A DNA stretch of 64,000 nucleotides from Acanthaster planci (lineage: Eukaryota): assembly GCF_001949145.1 (NCBI RefSeq), contig NW_019091357.1, positions 2,670,558 through 2,734,557 of the forward strand, read 5' to 3'. The stretch's first letter is position 1, and each line of letters opens with the position of its first letter. The notes under the pieces were generated by a model, which saw only the letters and a program-made list of their open reading frames with translations, had not been told where the DNA came from and made no database searches. The position numbers and the translations under genes are program-made. Shown one piece after another: positions 23,959 through 36,733 of the stretch.

Positions 23959-25620
23959 CACTCTTCAGTTTAGGTATTACGACAAACCAGTGATGAAACA
24001 AGGTTATATCGTGGGCATGTAATATCTCTGGAGTGGCCGGCTAAAAGAAGTCAGGCTCGTCTATCCACGCTACCACGGTCACCACACCAGAACACGGAAG
24101 CAATTCTCTCTCAAGCGTTTGAACTGCTCGTTGTCAAGCTGCAGTGCAAACGGTACAATACATGCAATGGCAGATTTTCCACACATGTCCGGGTCAGCGC
24201 GCGCTGCGTGTGCATTATGGAGGACAAAACTGTATGTACGTGCAGTTGAGGCCATGCCGCGCCCTATACGTGGAATCTGCCAGGGGGCGCAACACCTGAC
24301 CCCGTCAGGTCACGGCTGATCATTATTGTCGGGAATAGTTTCGATTTTGCTCTCTCAGCTTTCATTTCCTCCACATTTTTTTCTGTCATTTTCTTTTCTT
24401 GGGAAAAAACCTGTATATTCCGGCCTTCAGTATTTGCATGCTAATTTATGCGTCGGCGTTGTGCAGAAGAAACAGGAATTTCTGCCTGTTGAACTTGAAA
24501 TAAAAATCAGCAGAAAATATTACGAAAGCGTACTTTAGATTAAGGAATAGCTCAATGCATTTTTACGCACTGTATGAACGATAATTATGTAAGCTACGGT
24601 CTGGTTTCAAAACGTGTTTTCCCTCTGGCCAAAGTGAATAATTAAGCACCTTTCAGTGCTTGGAAGGGACAATTTCGTATCAGCTACGTAGGCCCATTTT
24701 TCAAGTAGGTGATGCCTTAATAACAGGATTCAATTTCATATCAGGCGAGAGTGAATCGAAATATATTCAGTGCGTGCTTATATCATAAAACACACAGCTA
24801 GACTTGAAGAGCTGCGCTGAAGCCTCTTTAATCGAGACCATCGCCGTCACGCTGTTAATTGTAAAAAAAAAAAAAAAAAAAAGAGAGAAGGGATAGTCCT
24901 TTTTCATGCGTGGACCCCTTCGCTTATACCGGAGGGCCTGAAATGGAAATGAGCTCCGAGTCTAAGAAACAACAAAAATGCATGCTCCATTCCACTCTTG
25001 AAATTTAACATTTTTGATCAGTCATCGCTTCATAGAATTATTCGAACCACTGACAAATTGAGAAACATTCCTTTTTCCCTTTATAGGGTACCCCATAAAT
25101 CTTCCTTTCACAAACACCGTTTTTTTATTCACTCGCTTCACCTCTTACTTACATACTTTCCTTTAATAAACAGCCATTCCTTTGTGGTGTCGCGCTCGCA
25201 TTAATGTGTTGCCACGTGGGTACCATCCACCAATAAGGTGTCGGGACTTAAAAAGCGCACACGCTCTGAAGTTTAAGAATGCGCGCCGGCGGGAGTGTAG
25301 CGCCATTGATTCGTCTACACACCTGTATTTGCCGACTTCAAATATAAAATTTTGCCCACCGATGGTTGCCCAAACTATGGCTGGCCGTTATTACAAAACT
25401 AGAGGAATAATCCATAGAGTGCCAATTTATCAAGGTTTAACTTTCTGCAAACCTTAGCCGCCTATACAAAATGATGGTCAAAAAGGTCCATAGAATTGTC
25501 CAGAATCTATACAATACCATCTACATAAACACTTTTTTATTCACAGAATGTGTTGTAGGGCTGTAAAGTGAGGTACGACCCGATTTTTTAAAAGTCTCAT
25601 CCGTACTATTCTACGATTCT

Positions 25621-28600
25621 CTAAGTTACGACTGGCTTGGCTCGTGCGGTGTGCTGAGCCCGGGCAAGACCCCCGATGCGCCTGTTGAGGCAGAAACTTG
25701 TTACCAAGGAGATTCCCATCAGACAAAGCCAACACAACAGGGAAATCCAAGACACGGCCTGTGAATCAAAGAAAAAAGGAAAGCGGGTGTGATATAGCGA
25801 GAGCTTTTCAGAGGATATAAAGCGAAAAGTTAGAGCCAACTGCAGACTTGGGGGATCGAGTTAGCGTAGCGGTTCTTTCCTCGCTTTGCACCAATGAGGC
25901 CCGGGTTCGAGTCCCGGCTTGACGCAGGCTTTAAGTGCATTTGGTTTCCAGTCCATACTCGCTCTCGTAGGTTTTCTCCGGGTACTCCGGTTTCCTCCTG
26001 CCTCTAAAACTGAACCTTCGTCCTAACTCCGTAATGTGATGCTGATTATTAAAGTGTATGAATAAACTTACAGTTATTGGCGCAAATAGCCTGAGTTGCT
26101 GAAAGCGCCATTAAAACAAAAACAACAACAACTGCAGACTTTGGAACCCAAAATGGCAGTTCACTGTGTGCAGTGGAGTATCATTTTGAGCTATCATGTG
26201 CTTGTTGTCCATACACACTGACGCATAAACAAGCATTTTGGTTCCAACAATTGACACACTCATGTTGCAACTCCTTATGCAGACGTATACACATGTACAA
26301 GTATACAGCTCTGAGTCTGGGTGTCCGGGTCCCCTTAATGAGCTGAACGCTGGGGCCACGTGACTATTTTGTTTGACTGATCAAAATGCACGCACATACA
26401 ACAGGAAAGCGAAGTGGCTGAATCCTCGCCAAAACAGATAAAATTTCGTTTGTTTTTTGTTTTTGTCTTTTTCATGACTATGCAAAAGTACATGTACTCG
26501 GGTGCACTGCACTCTCAGTTGGGCAAAGGAACCGAGGACTTGAGCAAATAAACAGGACGATAACCACAAATCCAGACTTGTGTTTTTCGGTTTTTTTTTT
26601 CATTAATCTTGAATATAACACTGCGATTGTAGCGCCTCAATTAATTATTTGATCCAATAATGTCAGTTACAATCTAATCAGCAAAAACCCGACCCAACAG
26701 TCAATAAATAAAAACAAAATCATATGAGATCACTTTCATAGTTTTTCGGTCTTAAACTGTTGAGCGTTGTTGATTAATCTACGACAGGAAGGACACGCGA
26801 TGCAGAACGAATCTCACCTCAGCTGTAGTGAGATTATAATAAAACGCCGAACCGTCGATACTTTGCCAATCAATACCTCCCTGAAACCCGGCACACCTGT
26901 AAAATTAGAAAGATGAAAAAAGGCATATGGCGCAAGATATGGGACGGAGAGAACCCCCCCGCGCCTTTGTGATGGTCATNNNNNNNNNNNNNNNNNNNNN
27001 NNNNNNNNNNNNNNNNNNNTATCGTGCACGGTATCAAAAAAGTCACGATGTGAACTACATGTTGCTCCTGACCAGCAAAACCAAATGGGGCATCAAAGCG
27101 CTATACACATTGATGACGCACGTGGCCGTATTAGATACCAGACTTTGCACGTCAGGGTTAAAAGATAAAAGAAAGCTGAAAGATTCACATGTAAGTGATT
27201 CAAATCTACAACCTCAAAAAGCAAATAATTACCTTCAAGTCAAGAATGTGTGTCTTAGGTCTTTGATAAAAAAGCTTTTATATAAAGTGTTCCGTTATTT
27301 AGAATATTTTAACACGACCACAATATCATGAAAAATGCCCAAAACGTCTGGTATCCAGTCTTCGGGAATGCAGTGGATGATGGATGACAGATACTACAGA
27401 CACCACACTTTCTCTATGAAAGATGGTCATACATAAAGACTGTCGTGAGGTGATACTCACGTATCGGGCCAAACAGCGCCTTCCAAGTCCAGCAGATTAT
27501 TGCAAAATGTCTTCAGCCCGACCGTCACCAGACACGCCTCCACAAGGACGAGGAAGGCCATGACACCAAAGACGATGGTGGCAACGAACCGGCCGAACGC
27601 TTGGCTGGATCGAGATCGGCAGGAAATGAGATTTAAATACCCGGGGGTTGATAAATGGAAGTGCAGACCAAATCCACTAAAGACAGTAATTTCATAGAGC
27701 TGCTTAAGCACAAAATTTGCTTAAGCGCGAAAAACCTTACTTGATAAATCAGGTAACCAGCCAACTAACTCCATGTGATGTATATTGTTTTGAGATTGTA
27801 TTTAGATGTTTTTTGGTTAGCATGACAATCAGATAGAGTTTGAGCTGGCAACCTTTGTTTATTAAGTAACGTTTTTTCCCGCTTAAGCAGATTTTGTGCT
27901 TAAGCAGCTCTATGAAATTGGCCCCAGCTTCTTTATAAAGCATAGTCGCCACTCAAGCAGAGCATGGAGGAAGGACGCAAAAGAGGTTTGAACTGCCCGG
28001 GCTATAGTATAACACCTGGCCAATTACCGCTTTCTGACATGTCTGATATGTTCATAGCCCGAGCTCAGCGGAGGCTTGCTACGCACCACCTGTTTCATGA
28101 CCATGGGCCCCGCTTTGCATATGAAGCAAGCAATGGGACTGAGAGCAACCCTCCACCTTTGTGTTGGTCATTGTTTGATCGGAATCTCGGGAATTCTTTA
28201 CAGACATCTAGGGGGATGTGTTAGGTAACAATAGTCCAGAGTTTGTATAGGGATTGGACATGTGGGGAGGGGGTACCCCCTCCATCCCATATCTTGCTGG
28301 GTATAATAGGAAGTTGAATATTTATGCCATCGATGGTGCTTGGTATGACCTGACAACTTCAAATTTAATGCTTGCGCAGTTGCTTGTATTAGGCTGTGTA
28401 CCCGTGTGCAGGCTGTGTTCATGTGCAGTTATAGCCCTTATCGAACGCTTTTTTTCTGAACTTAATTTGGTAATAAATAGCCAATTTTTTAAATGAGACA
28501 TTGTGTTTTATTTTTATCATTTTCATTGCGGTATTTACTTAAAAAGGTATTTTATGAGATCTCATGATCACTCCCTGTGATGAAACAGCGCACTTTGTCA

Positions 28601-31600
28601 TCTATGAACTTAACTGTCCTATAGTAGTCAACATGTTGTTGTCCAGTCTTAGCCAAATTCGTACAAAGACTTTAAAAACTGATGTTTTGGAGTGACAAAA
28701 CGAAATTTTAACACTGAATGGATAATGGAAAAGTGCATCAAACTCTTTAATAAAATTATTCACGACAGTAAAAGTGAATCTAATGTTAGATATTTATTCT
28801 TTCTATTTCCTGGTCACTGCGATAAGTTTTAGTTATAATTGCAAAGAAAACACTACAAATATTCCTACGATATTACTGGCCCCGCTTTTCTGGCTAGGCT
28901 GCAGGCAGTATTCAGGAATTTTTGGAATGTTTACTATTGTTCGTCTTACTGGGCGGCGATGATCATCGAGTACTTTGATGTGCCAGAGTTGTAACTCTTC
29001 CTGTGTCCTTCCTCCATTAGTAGAGGCAAGGCTGATACTTCAAAGCGAAATAAGTGGATGTGTCAAATATTCTTGCACTTTGGTTGGGTGGACTTTTAAA
29101 ACATAAGCTAAAATCCAGCTTTGAAGAACCCTAAGTCGGCCTAAAATGTCTGGACAACACTAAACGAGCTGTTCCATGGCAACGGGCGATGTATGGATTT
29201 GAAAAGGCTATGCTGTTTACTTGCACCCCGGGTCCTTTCATCCTACAAAGTATTTTTTCTTGTAACGTTGACAAATATGTCTGATATTTACGTGAAATGT
29301 CTCTATATCTTCCCATTTTCGGGAGTGTTTTCTTCCCGAAAATTAATTGCAGTTTGGAATATTCCCATTTTTGCTATCTGCATGGCGGCTTCTCCTAACT
29401 ACGGGGTGCTGCCTTATTACTCTCTGCAAACAAGTGTTAAGTGGTATTGTGCGTTGTGAGTGCAGTTCTCGACACAGAGTTTTGCTTGTTCCCTTTTTTG
29501 TACTTTTTGACATTCTTACATTTCCAACTTTCCCCGGCAGATGACCTGGATCCGATACGCCATGAACACCAGCGCCAGCAGAATACCAATCACCTGCGCC
29601 GCCAGACAGAACTGGCAACGGGATTGGCTAGAGTATGAGAGTGTAAAATGTGTGGGGTCGAATAGAGTGACGGAAGCCTTGAGAACACAGCCGCCCATCT
29701 GAGTCTGCAGCGAAAATGAGATTGAGAAAAAAAATAAAAACAGCTGCCATCGACGTCGTCATGTGACCAAGACGGTTGTCAACAGAAAGCGAACCAGTTT
29801 TTGGAACACTGACTGAGACGCAGAAAGAGGAAAAACAATTTTTAAAAGACTTAAAATATGCCAATTTGAATACATATTACAGATGTACATCAATACCATG
29901 AACATTGACCTCTATATATATGTATGTGTGCTGTCGATTTATCAGAGGGCGCTATGTGACAGCCGATTATGCAAGATTATTGTGCGCATACTAGTAACAA
30001 ATACAGACCTCGTCCGTCACATAGCGCCCTCTGTTGATTGACAAGATTTACTGCGCTAAAGCGTTCATCACAGCTACAGATAGTAACGTCTTGGAACCAA
30101 GACTAACCTACAACCCGCAGTGATGGTGAGCTGTTCAATCTGAGGCGGCTAAGGCTGCAACTAAAACCAGGACCGTCTGTGCCAGATTAGGCCTACTCCT
30201 TTAAGCTGATGACTCAGCCAGCGTCTCACACTCAGAGGCAGAACTGCAATGTATGCTGGACACATTCAATACAGCAGCCAGCAGCCTTGGTCTTACCATC
30301 AACGTAACCAAAACAGAGGTTATGTTCCAACCAGCTCCGGGCTTAAATGTACCAGATCTAAAGATTATGCTGAACAACAAACGTCTCGAGGTTGTGAAGC
30401 ATTTTACCTACCTTGGCAGCACAGTGTCTGACAACAACAGCCTTGATAAAGAAGTGGAGAAGAGAGTCAGCTCTGCATCCACTACGTTTGGAAAACCCCA
30501 AACACGTGTGTGGAAACGTCGGGGTATCCGACTCGCCAACAACTGCATAGTTTATCGAGCTGTTGTCCTGAGCTGCCTCCTCTACTCATTCGAAACCTAC
30601 AGATGGCGCACCTAAGACAACTGTTGCACATCAGCTGGAAAGATGAGATCCCCAACGCTGAAATCCGCAGACGTGCCGACAGCGTCGAACCACTACAAAT
30701 AGTCAACAGCGGTTGACCGGACACGTCATCCGGATGGATGACGTTAGACTCCCGAAAGCCGTTCTCTACGGTGAGCTGTAGGAAGTCAGAAGAGGAGTTA
30801 GCAGGCCAAAGCTGCGCTACAGAGACCGTATCAAACGCCACCCTTTAGCCGGCAATATTGACTCTGTCACATGGGAGGCTGCTGCCAATAACCGCTCAGA
30901 GTGGCGACGCCGAATTACCAACTCAAGGGAAGTGGAAAACCGACTGCAGACCGAAAGCCTTGAGCGCAGTCGCCGCCTAGCCAGCAGGACCGACCCTACC
31001 AGCTACCAGCAGGGAGGATACCTTCCCAAGTGCCGCTTTTGCGGAAGAACCTGCGCCCACAGAATTGGACTATACTCACATGGAAAACGTCGCCAGCGTC
31101 ATACTCAAAATGAGCGACGGCCGAAGGCCTCTATATTATGGTGCCCCCCCCCGTTTTCATGTTTTTTTTTTGGGGGGGGGGGCTGACAAGTCTCCCCCCT
31201 TTCCCCATCCCTCCAGTTTGCAGCAAAACTTTACGCCCCAGCTTTGAATTGAAGTCATTCATACCGCGTACACATTGTTTCCTACCGGTATACAGTTCAA
31301 TCTTAGCTTACACAAATTGCTGAAATTTAATATTGATTACTATTTAGGCCTATTTTGCCTTACTTTCTCGGAGAATCACTCTGTCCCTTTTTCCACTGAA
31401 GTTTGTAATTGACTCGTTAGTGATGCACTCAGTGTTAATAATTGTTCGAGCTATTTGTAAGCAGAAGGTTGAAACACTCAGCCGAATTGTAAAACTCCCT
31501 CTCCCGTACTGTATAATAAAACCTAGACTCAATTCCTTGTTTTCTGTGTTGTTCCATTTTGTGTTCATTCAATGGGGCAGTGCGGACATCAGAAATTCTT

Positions 31601-32167
31601 GCAAAATGGCAGGTACCGCGCGCCGCGCAAGTGAAAACAGCGACGTACGCGCGCACCAGCCAGTCCCAGGATCGGGTTACACCATTGATTTCCATTAAAA
31701 TGAAGACCAGTGACTTATAATCTTTTCTGTGATCAGTACTTACGCGCGCGCTCATTCCAGTTATTTTCATAGGCGCGGTGCGGTTGCTACCCAGTTTTTT
31801 TAAACTCCCGGATGTGCGTGCTGCCCCATAAAATTAAACTCTACAGTTTTCATGCGGATGAGCGGAAGCAAAGGGGCATGAAAATGCACCGTCAGATTCC
31901 ATGGTGGCGAATTTTATTAATTAAGGGTGTCTTCGGGACACCAATCGTAGTGGTGTCAAGTGATTTCCTGCCCCTCTTCACCCTCATCGGTCATACTCCA
32001 CCCCCAGCCCCAACTCATCACGACCAATCCACGCCACCAATTCCTCCTGCTAGCCAAACACTTACCGAAGTTACCCCAATCATTATGGATGCCGCCATTC
32101 CACATCCGAAAGCCACCAACAGAACGGCGACCTCCACGATGTTGACGATGGTCGCTGTGGCAGGCAT
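25621..32167 (-). CDS. TMEM179B: TMEM179B-like protein, copy T3 (215 aa, 5 exons)
   Basis: Exons 32167-32066, 29704-29520, 27604-27461, 26896-26818, 25758-25621 have the same lengths as T2 (102/185/144/79/138), an open frame and GT-AG sites. Small N gap in intron 3. Confidence 0.87.
25850..26128 (+). mobile_element. tRNA-derived SINE with V-SINE-like core
   Basis: A box TAGCGTAGCGG, B box GGTTCGAGTCC, core GGTTTTCTCCGGGTACTCCGGTTTCCTCC and an (AAC)n tail. A 13-bp TSD CAACTGCAGACTT is at 25837-25849 and 26129-26141, with the empty site in T2 near 15395-15407. Confidence 0.9.
27688..27920. mobile_element. MITE with TIRs of about 50 bp
   Basis: aatttcatagagctgcttaagcacaaaatttgcttaagcg ... cgcttaagcagattttgtgcttaagcagctctatgaaatt. 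Confidence 0.7.
30100..31130 (+). mobile_element. RTE-clade LINE 3' fragment in T3 intron 1
   Basis: Reads LFNLRRL, ADD, GLTINVTKTEVM, FTYLGS, GHVIRMDDVRLPKAVLYGEL and a C-terminal CRFCGRTCAHRIGLYSH finger. Stops and frameshifts present. Confidence 0.88.
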
Positions 32168-34207
32168 CACTCTTCAGCTTAAGGATCACGACAGACCAGT
32201 GATGAAACAAGGTTATATCGTCTTGGGCATGTAATATCTCTGGAGTGGCCGGCTAAAAGAAGTCAGGCTCGTTTTGCCGTAATACCACGGTCACTGTACC
32301 CGGGCACTGAAACAATTCTCTCTCAGCCGTTTGGACTGCTCGTCGTCCCCCTGCATCGTACACTACACAAAGGCCTACAGAACATGTTGCTGCGTGTGCA
32401 TGCAGAACAAAGCTACGTGCAGATGAGTCTATGCCATGCCACGCCTTAACGTGGACTCTGAGCGTAATACTTGACCCCAAAGTCACTTCAGTTTAAACCA
32501 CGCCCACTGCACATGCACTGCACATAGAGTTACATGCATCGATCGCCGTTTACTTGAGACGATGGAACCAGAAGTTAACCCGCAATTTCAGTTTCGGTTT
32601 CGGTTTATCAGCCCATTCATCAGCAATTAGTGCACTGTAATATGTTGCTGCTTATGCTGCGTTTAATTTAACGGTGGCAATCGACTATATTTCCCAAAAA
32701 GAAAGGAACGGTCGTCTTTAATGTCTGGACCCATTCGTTTACACTGATGAGGCCGAAAAGGAAAATAACCGCTATGAAACAATCAAAATGTCATGTTCTG
32801 TCCCATTCAGATTTGCCTCTTGGAATTGTATTGTCACTTCATAGAATTATTCAAGCCGTTGTACGAATGTGAAACATTCCTTATTTTTTTAAACGGTACC
32901 CGCATGAAGCCTCGTGTGTTAGGAGAAGAAATAGGTCCCGCTCACTTATTAAAATTCCTCATCATTTGCCAAAGAGATTCCGAAGCGCCACCCACATAGT
33001 ACCCGCGCAAAGAGTACCGTTGAATAGAGCAAGTAAGTCAATGACAAGTGATCAACAACCCACCAATCAGATGACGGGGATTTATGTAAGTATTGTTTGG
33101 TCAATATTTTCTGAAACGTATGCGCAACAGCAGCTGCTACGATGGCAATGTATGACTGCATATGTTTTTACCAGCAGGCCACAGAGGCTCACAAATAGAC
33201 CCAAAGCTTTGTGCTCTTCGGTAATTCTGAAAGATATAAGGTATGGAATCGAGTACTGGAGCAATATTTAATAATTGAGGCCTAAACACAATAAATGTTT
33301 GAAGAAGGAAGATAAATTTTAAAAATAGAAACCCGCAATGGAATGGGGACCACGAAAAAGAAAATTGCCTCACAGATTCCATCGCTCTCTCCATCTCATA
33401 AAATGAAAAGCGCGGATTCGATTACGTCTTTATCGATTACCGACTTTTATCGAGTGCTTACTTGAAACAACTCAAGCAACCAGCGAATCGTTCGAAACGA
33501 ACAAACACAGTATTTCAACAGACAGGGAAAATGATACCACTGTAAAAGCTACCACTGTTTCGGCTCGATTTATAAGGTCGGCAGCAGAAAACCAAAGCTA
33601 ACCCCCCCAGCAAGATTTGTTCCTTTTGAATCACATGAATTTGCAGTATGCGAGGACTGTAATCTGGTCTGCTCTAATCGATGCCTATATTGTGATCGGT
33701 CTTGGGTCTTTGTTATTCGATACTTAATTGGAATTACGAAATAAACTTGGTGACTTAAAAGGGTTGGAATTCTGAAATGCTGCTCCAGTTGGGCGTAAAC
33801 TCCCGGCTGAAACCTTTACTCTCGGGTTGGATGTCCCGGCAGTATTAAACGCATCTCTACTGAACATCTGAGAAAGACATCACAGTTGGCAATTGGGTGA
33901 GTGGAAAATAAATATTTTCACGAAACCGCCTAATACATTTCAGGCTTATCTAAAATTTTCCCCGACGACTGTGCCGTGAAATATTTTGCATCGTTCACTT
34001 ACTACTCTCCATATACCGACTGGGTAGCGCGTCGAGATCGATGGATGAAGTCACTGAGTGCCATCTACATGTGAGAGGGAACATTGGTCTCAAGATCTCG
34101 GTCGCATGTATCGTGACTATCAAAGGCCGTGTCGTACAATATCTTTTTTTCGGTAGGGGCACTGAAAATAACTTTCTTACACTTTGATTCCAGGGACTCC
34201 AGCAACT

Positions 34208-34633
34208 ATGGGCCATTCAAAAGTGAGCCTCGGCGTCATGGCGACGGTTTTGACGTGGGGGTGGTTTGTACACCTGGCCGCCCCGTCGCTGTCGGGGAGG
34301 GCGGCAGACGCCGTCACCCTCTCCGAGCGCAGCAGCTATCCCTGCGACGACGCAGCCAGCGCCCGGACGCAGATCACGCTGGACAACCTGCGCCCGCAGC
34401 CGGTGCACGGTCAGCTCATCTTACTGTCCAACCGCTACCGGCAGACCGCCCTGTCCTATCCGCTGCCCGACTGGAAGCTCCTGCGGGTCTTGGCGCGGTT
34501 GACGACGATCAGGGACCTGTACCCGGAGGTCGACAGCTTCCTCGGCTACATCTCTGCCGAAATATACCAGGATATTCTCACCCTAGAACAGAACTGCAAG
34601 ACTTATATTCTCGGGAGAAGGGTCGTAGCATAG
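34208..34633 (+). CDS. Uncharacterised secreted protein, 141 aa, single coding exon
   Basis: GC-rich ORF against AT-rich flanks, with an N-terminal hydrophobic signal-like segment and ACTATGG start context. Splice acceptor ends at 34193, candidate donor GTGAGT at 33897, AATAAA at 34839. Confidence 0.65.
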   Translation: MGHSKVSLGVMATVLTWGWFVHLAAPSLSGRAADAVTLSERSSYPCDDAASARTQITLDNLRPQPVHGQLILLSNRYRQTALSYPLPDWKLLRVLARLTTIRDLYPEVDSFLGYISAEIYQDILTLEQNCKTYILGRRVVA

Positions 34634-36733
34634 TTGGGTTCTTTACATTTATTTGTGAAAAGTAGCACTCAATCAGAAAAAACTGTTTACAGCAATTGTA
34701 ACCTGTCGACGTTTGAATTATATTGTACCTTGAAGTTTGGTACTGCACATTCAGGGCCTTACATCCACTGACTGATTTTACATGATCTGATTTAGTTTAT
34801 CTACAATCCAAAATCTACAGACTGATGAATAAGGTTGAAATAAATGAAACTCAGCTATTAAACTTGAAAACATTTTAATTGGTTCAGCTGCCTGAATATA
34901 TGACATGTTTACACGGTTCTGCTGCCTGTAGTTTGATAAGTTATATGTTTACGAAGCATTGCAATTTTCTGGCTAAATAAAATATTTTACCCCATGGAAA
35001 AACGGGGTCTCTAGATTTCCGCAATTCAAAAAGCAAGTCCCTTTTGCAAGCCATGACCGATTTTAACAAGGCATGTGTCCACGAGGATGTCCCAAGGCGC
35101 AATATCGTGCTCGATGTGGGGCCGATGGGTACCCCCCACCTGTCCAATCCCTATACACGCTCTAGACTATTGTTACGTAACACCCCCAGGAGTCTGTAAA
35201 GAATTCATGAGATTCCGACCAAACAATGACCAACACAAAGGCGGGGGAGAGGTTGTCTCCGCCCCATATCTTGCATCATATGCAAGGCGCGCATCTCACA
35301 CGTTTTTGTTGTAGACGCTCTTTTGAAGATGTAGCGCATGTGTCTCATCCCTTCAGCACCTGATCTGATTATGCTCACCTCTGTTTATAACTAGCGAGGC
35401 TTCTACAGGGAATAGCCCCAGATCGAACCAGGACAGAAAATACTGATCTATTATGGTATCGCCTTACGTAACAGCCTGCTTTAGCGTCTTTATGGTGTTC
35501 GTGGACCCAACAGAAATGAATTTAAAAAATGATTTGTCCAGCTAACTTGCCTACCTTAGTAGGTAAAGAAATGTGTTTGGTACGAGTTAAATTGTTTCTT
35601 CTTCTGATCAGTACATCTGCGATTTAAAAAGTCACAAAACAGTAGCGAAGTGAGTCATCGGTCAATTATTACACAAGGTCTTATAAAGAAAGTATTCTTA
35701 GCGATAACGAGGCAAACACGAGATTGCTTAATTAATGGACAAGTAATGCCATGATATTAGCGTGTTGGCTACGGGCACATGCAAACAGCACTTTAAAGCT
35801 ATAAAACATTTCTTAAGCCTCACTATTTACATGCAGTATTATAACCATCTAAATCTGAACGTTTTTTCCTATTAGTACGATTTAAAGACTGTACAAAAGA
35901 CATAAGTCAAGCAATTATTTTAAAAACAATAGTTTCAGCACTGCATTTTTGCACGCAACTATAATACATGACATCAAAACAATAGTGTATAGTGTAATTC
36001 GACCACCAGAATTAGAAGCCATCACCGCGGTGGCACAACGCTCGTGGACAGGTGGTACGCGCGCGTTACATGCCTCTTCGACCAATAGGATGTCGTGATT
36101 TGCCACATGTTTCCGCGCGTCAAGCTAAAGAATGTGCGTGCGAGTGCCGTGCCACTGCAGTTATGGCGTCTAATCGGATTAGTCTATACCTAGATGCGAA
36201 ATAGTCTGATGCCTCCATAACGTAGCCCTTTAATGCTTGTTTTTGAATAAGTGTTTATGGGACAGGACAGAACCAGTTCCTTGTGACAACACAGCGGCAA
36301 CCAAACTACATTCCAAAGTTTTGCATAGGTGATTAAGTTTATACAGCATATAACATCTTACTCAGCGGCATTAGCGAAACCACGGTCGGAGAATTGTATG
36401 CGAGATGTAATACAATCCGAACATAACACAAGTTGGAAAGAAATCACCAACTACGCGATACAAAAGAAAATTTGTGGTATTACATTTACAAGTATATATG
36501 CACTCATCAGTTCTTTTCTCCACCAATGCCCTGCGCTGTGTCGGGGTTTGGTGAAGTCATTCAAGCCCCGATGGCACGAGAGAGTTTGCCACTCCTAAGA
36601 ATTGTTACTATCAGCACCACCGCAGGGAAAGGCATGCCCCAGGGGTGCGACAGCCTGGCGAAGCCTTGATGAAGAACCGATGAGTGCATTCAACCAAATC
36701 AGAGGCCACTGTCCCATACTAGGCTATGTTGCT

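Noticed and set aside
25850..25920. tRNA-like sequence (also about 55140-55212)
   Set aside because: SINE heads: A/B boxes followed by core, tail and insertion signatures, with no convincing cloverleaf.
34129..34665. 178-aa Arg/Pro/Ala-rich ORF
   Set aside because: Alternative frame of the GC-rich 34208-34633 gene; it starts within the intron.
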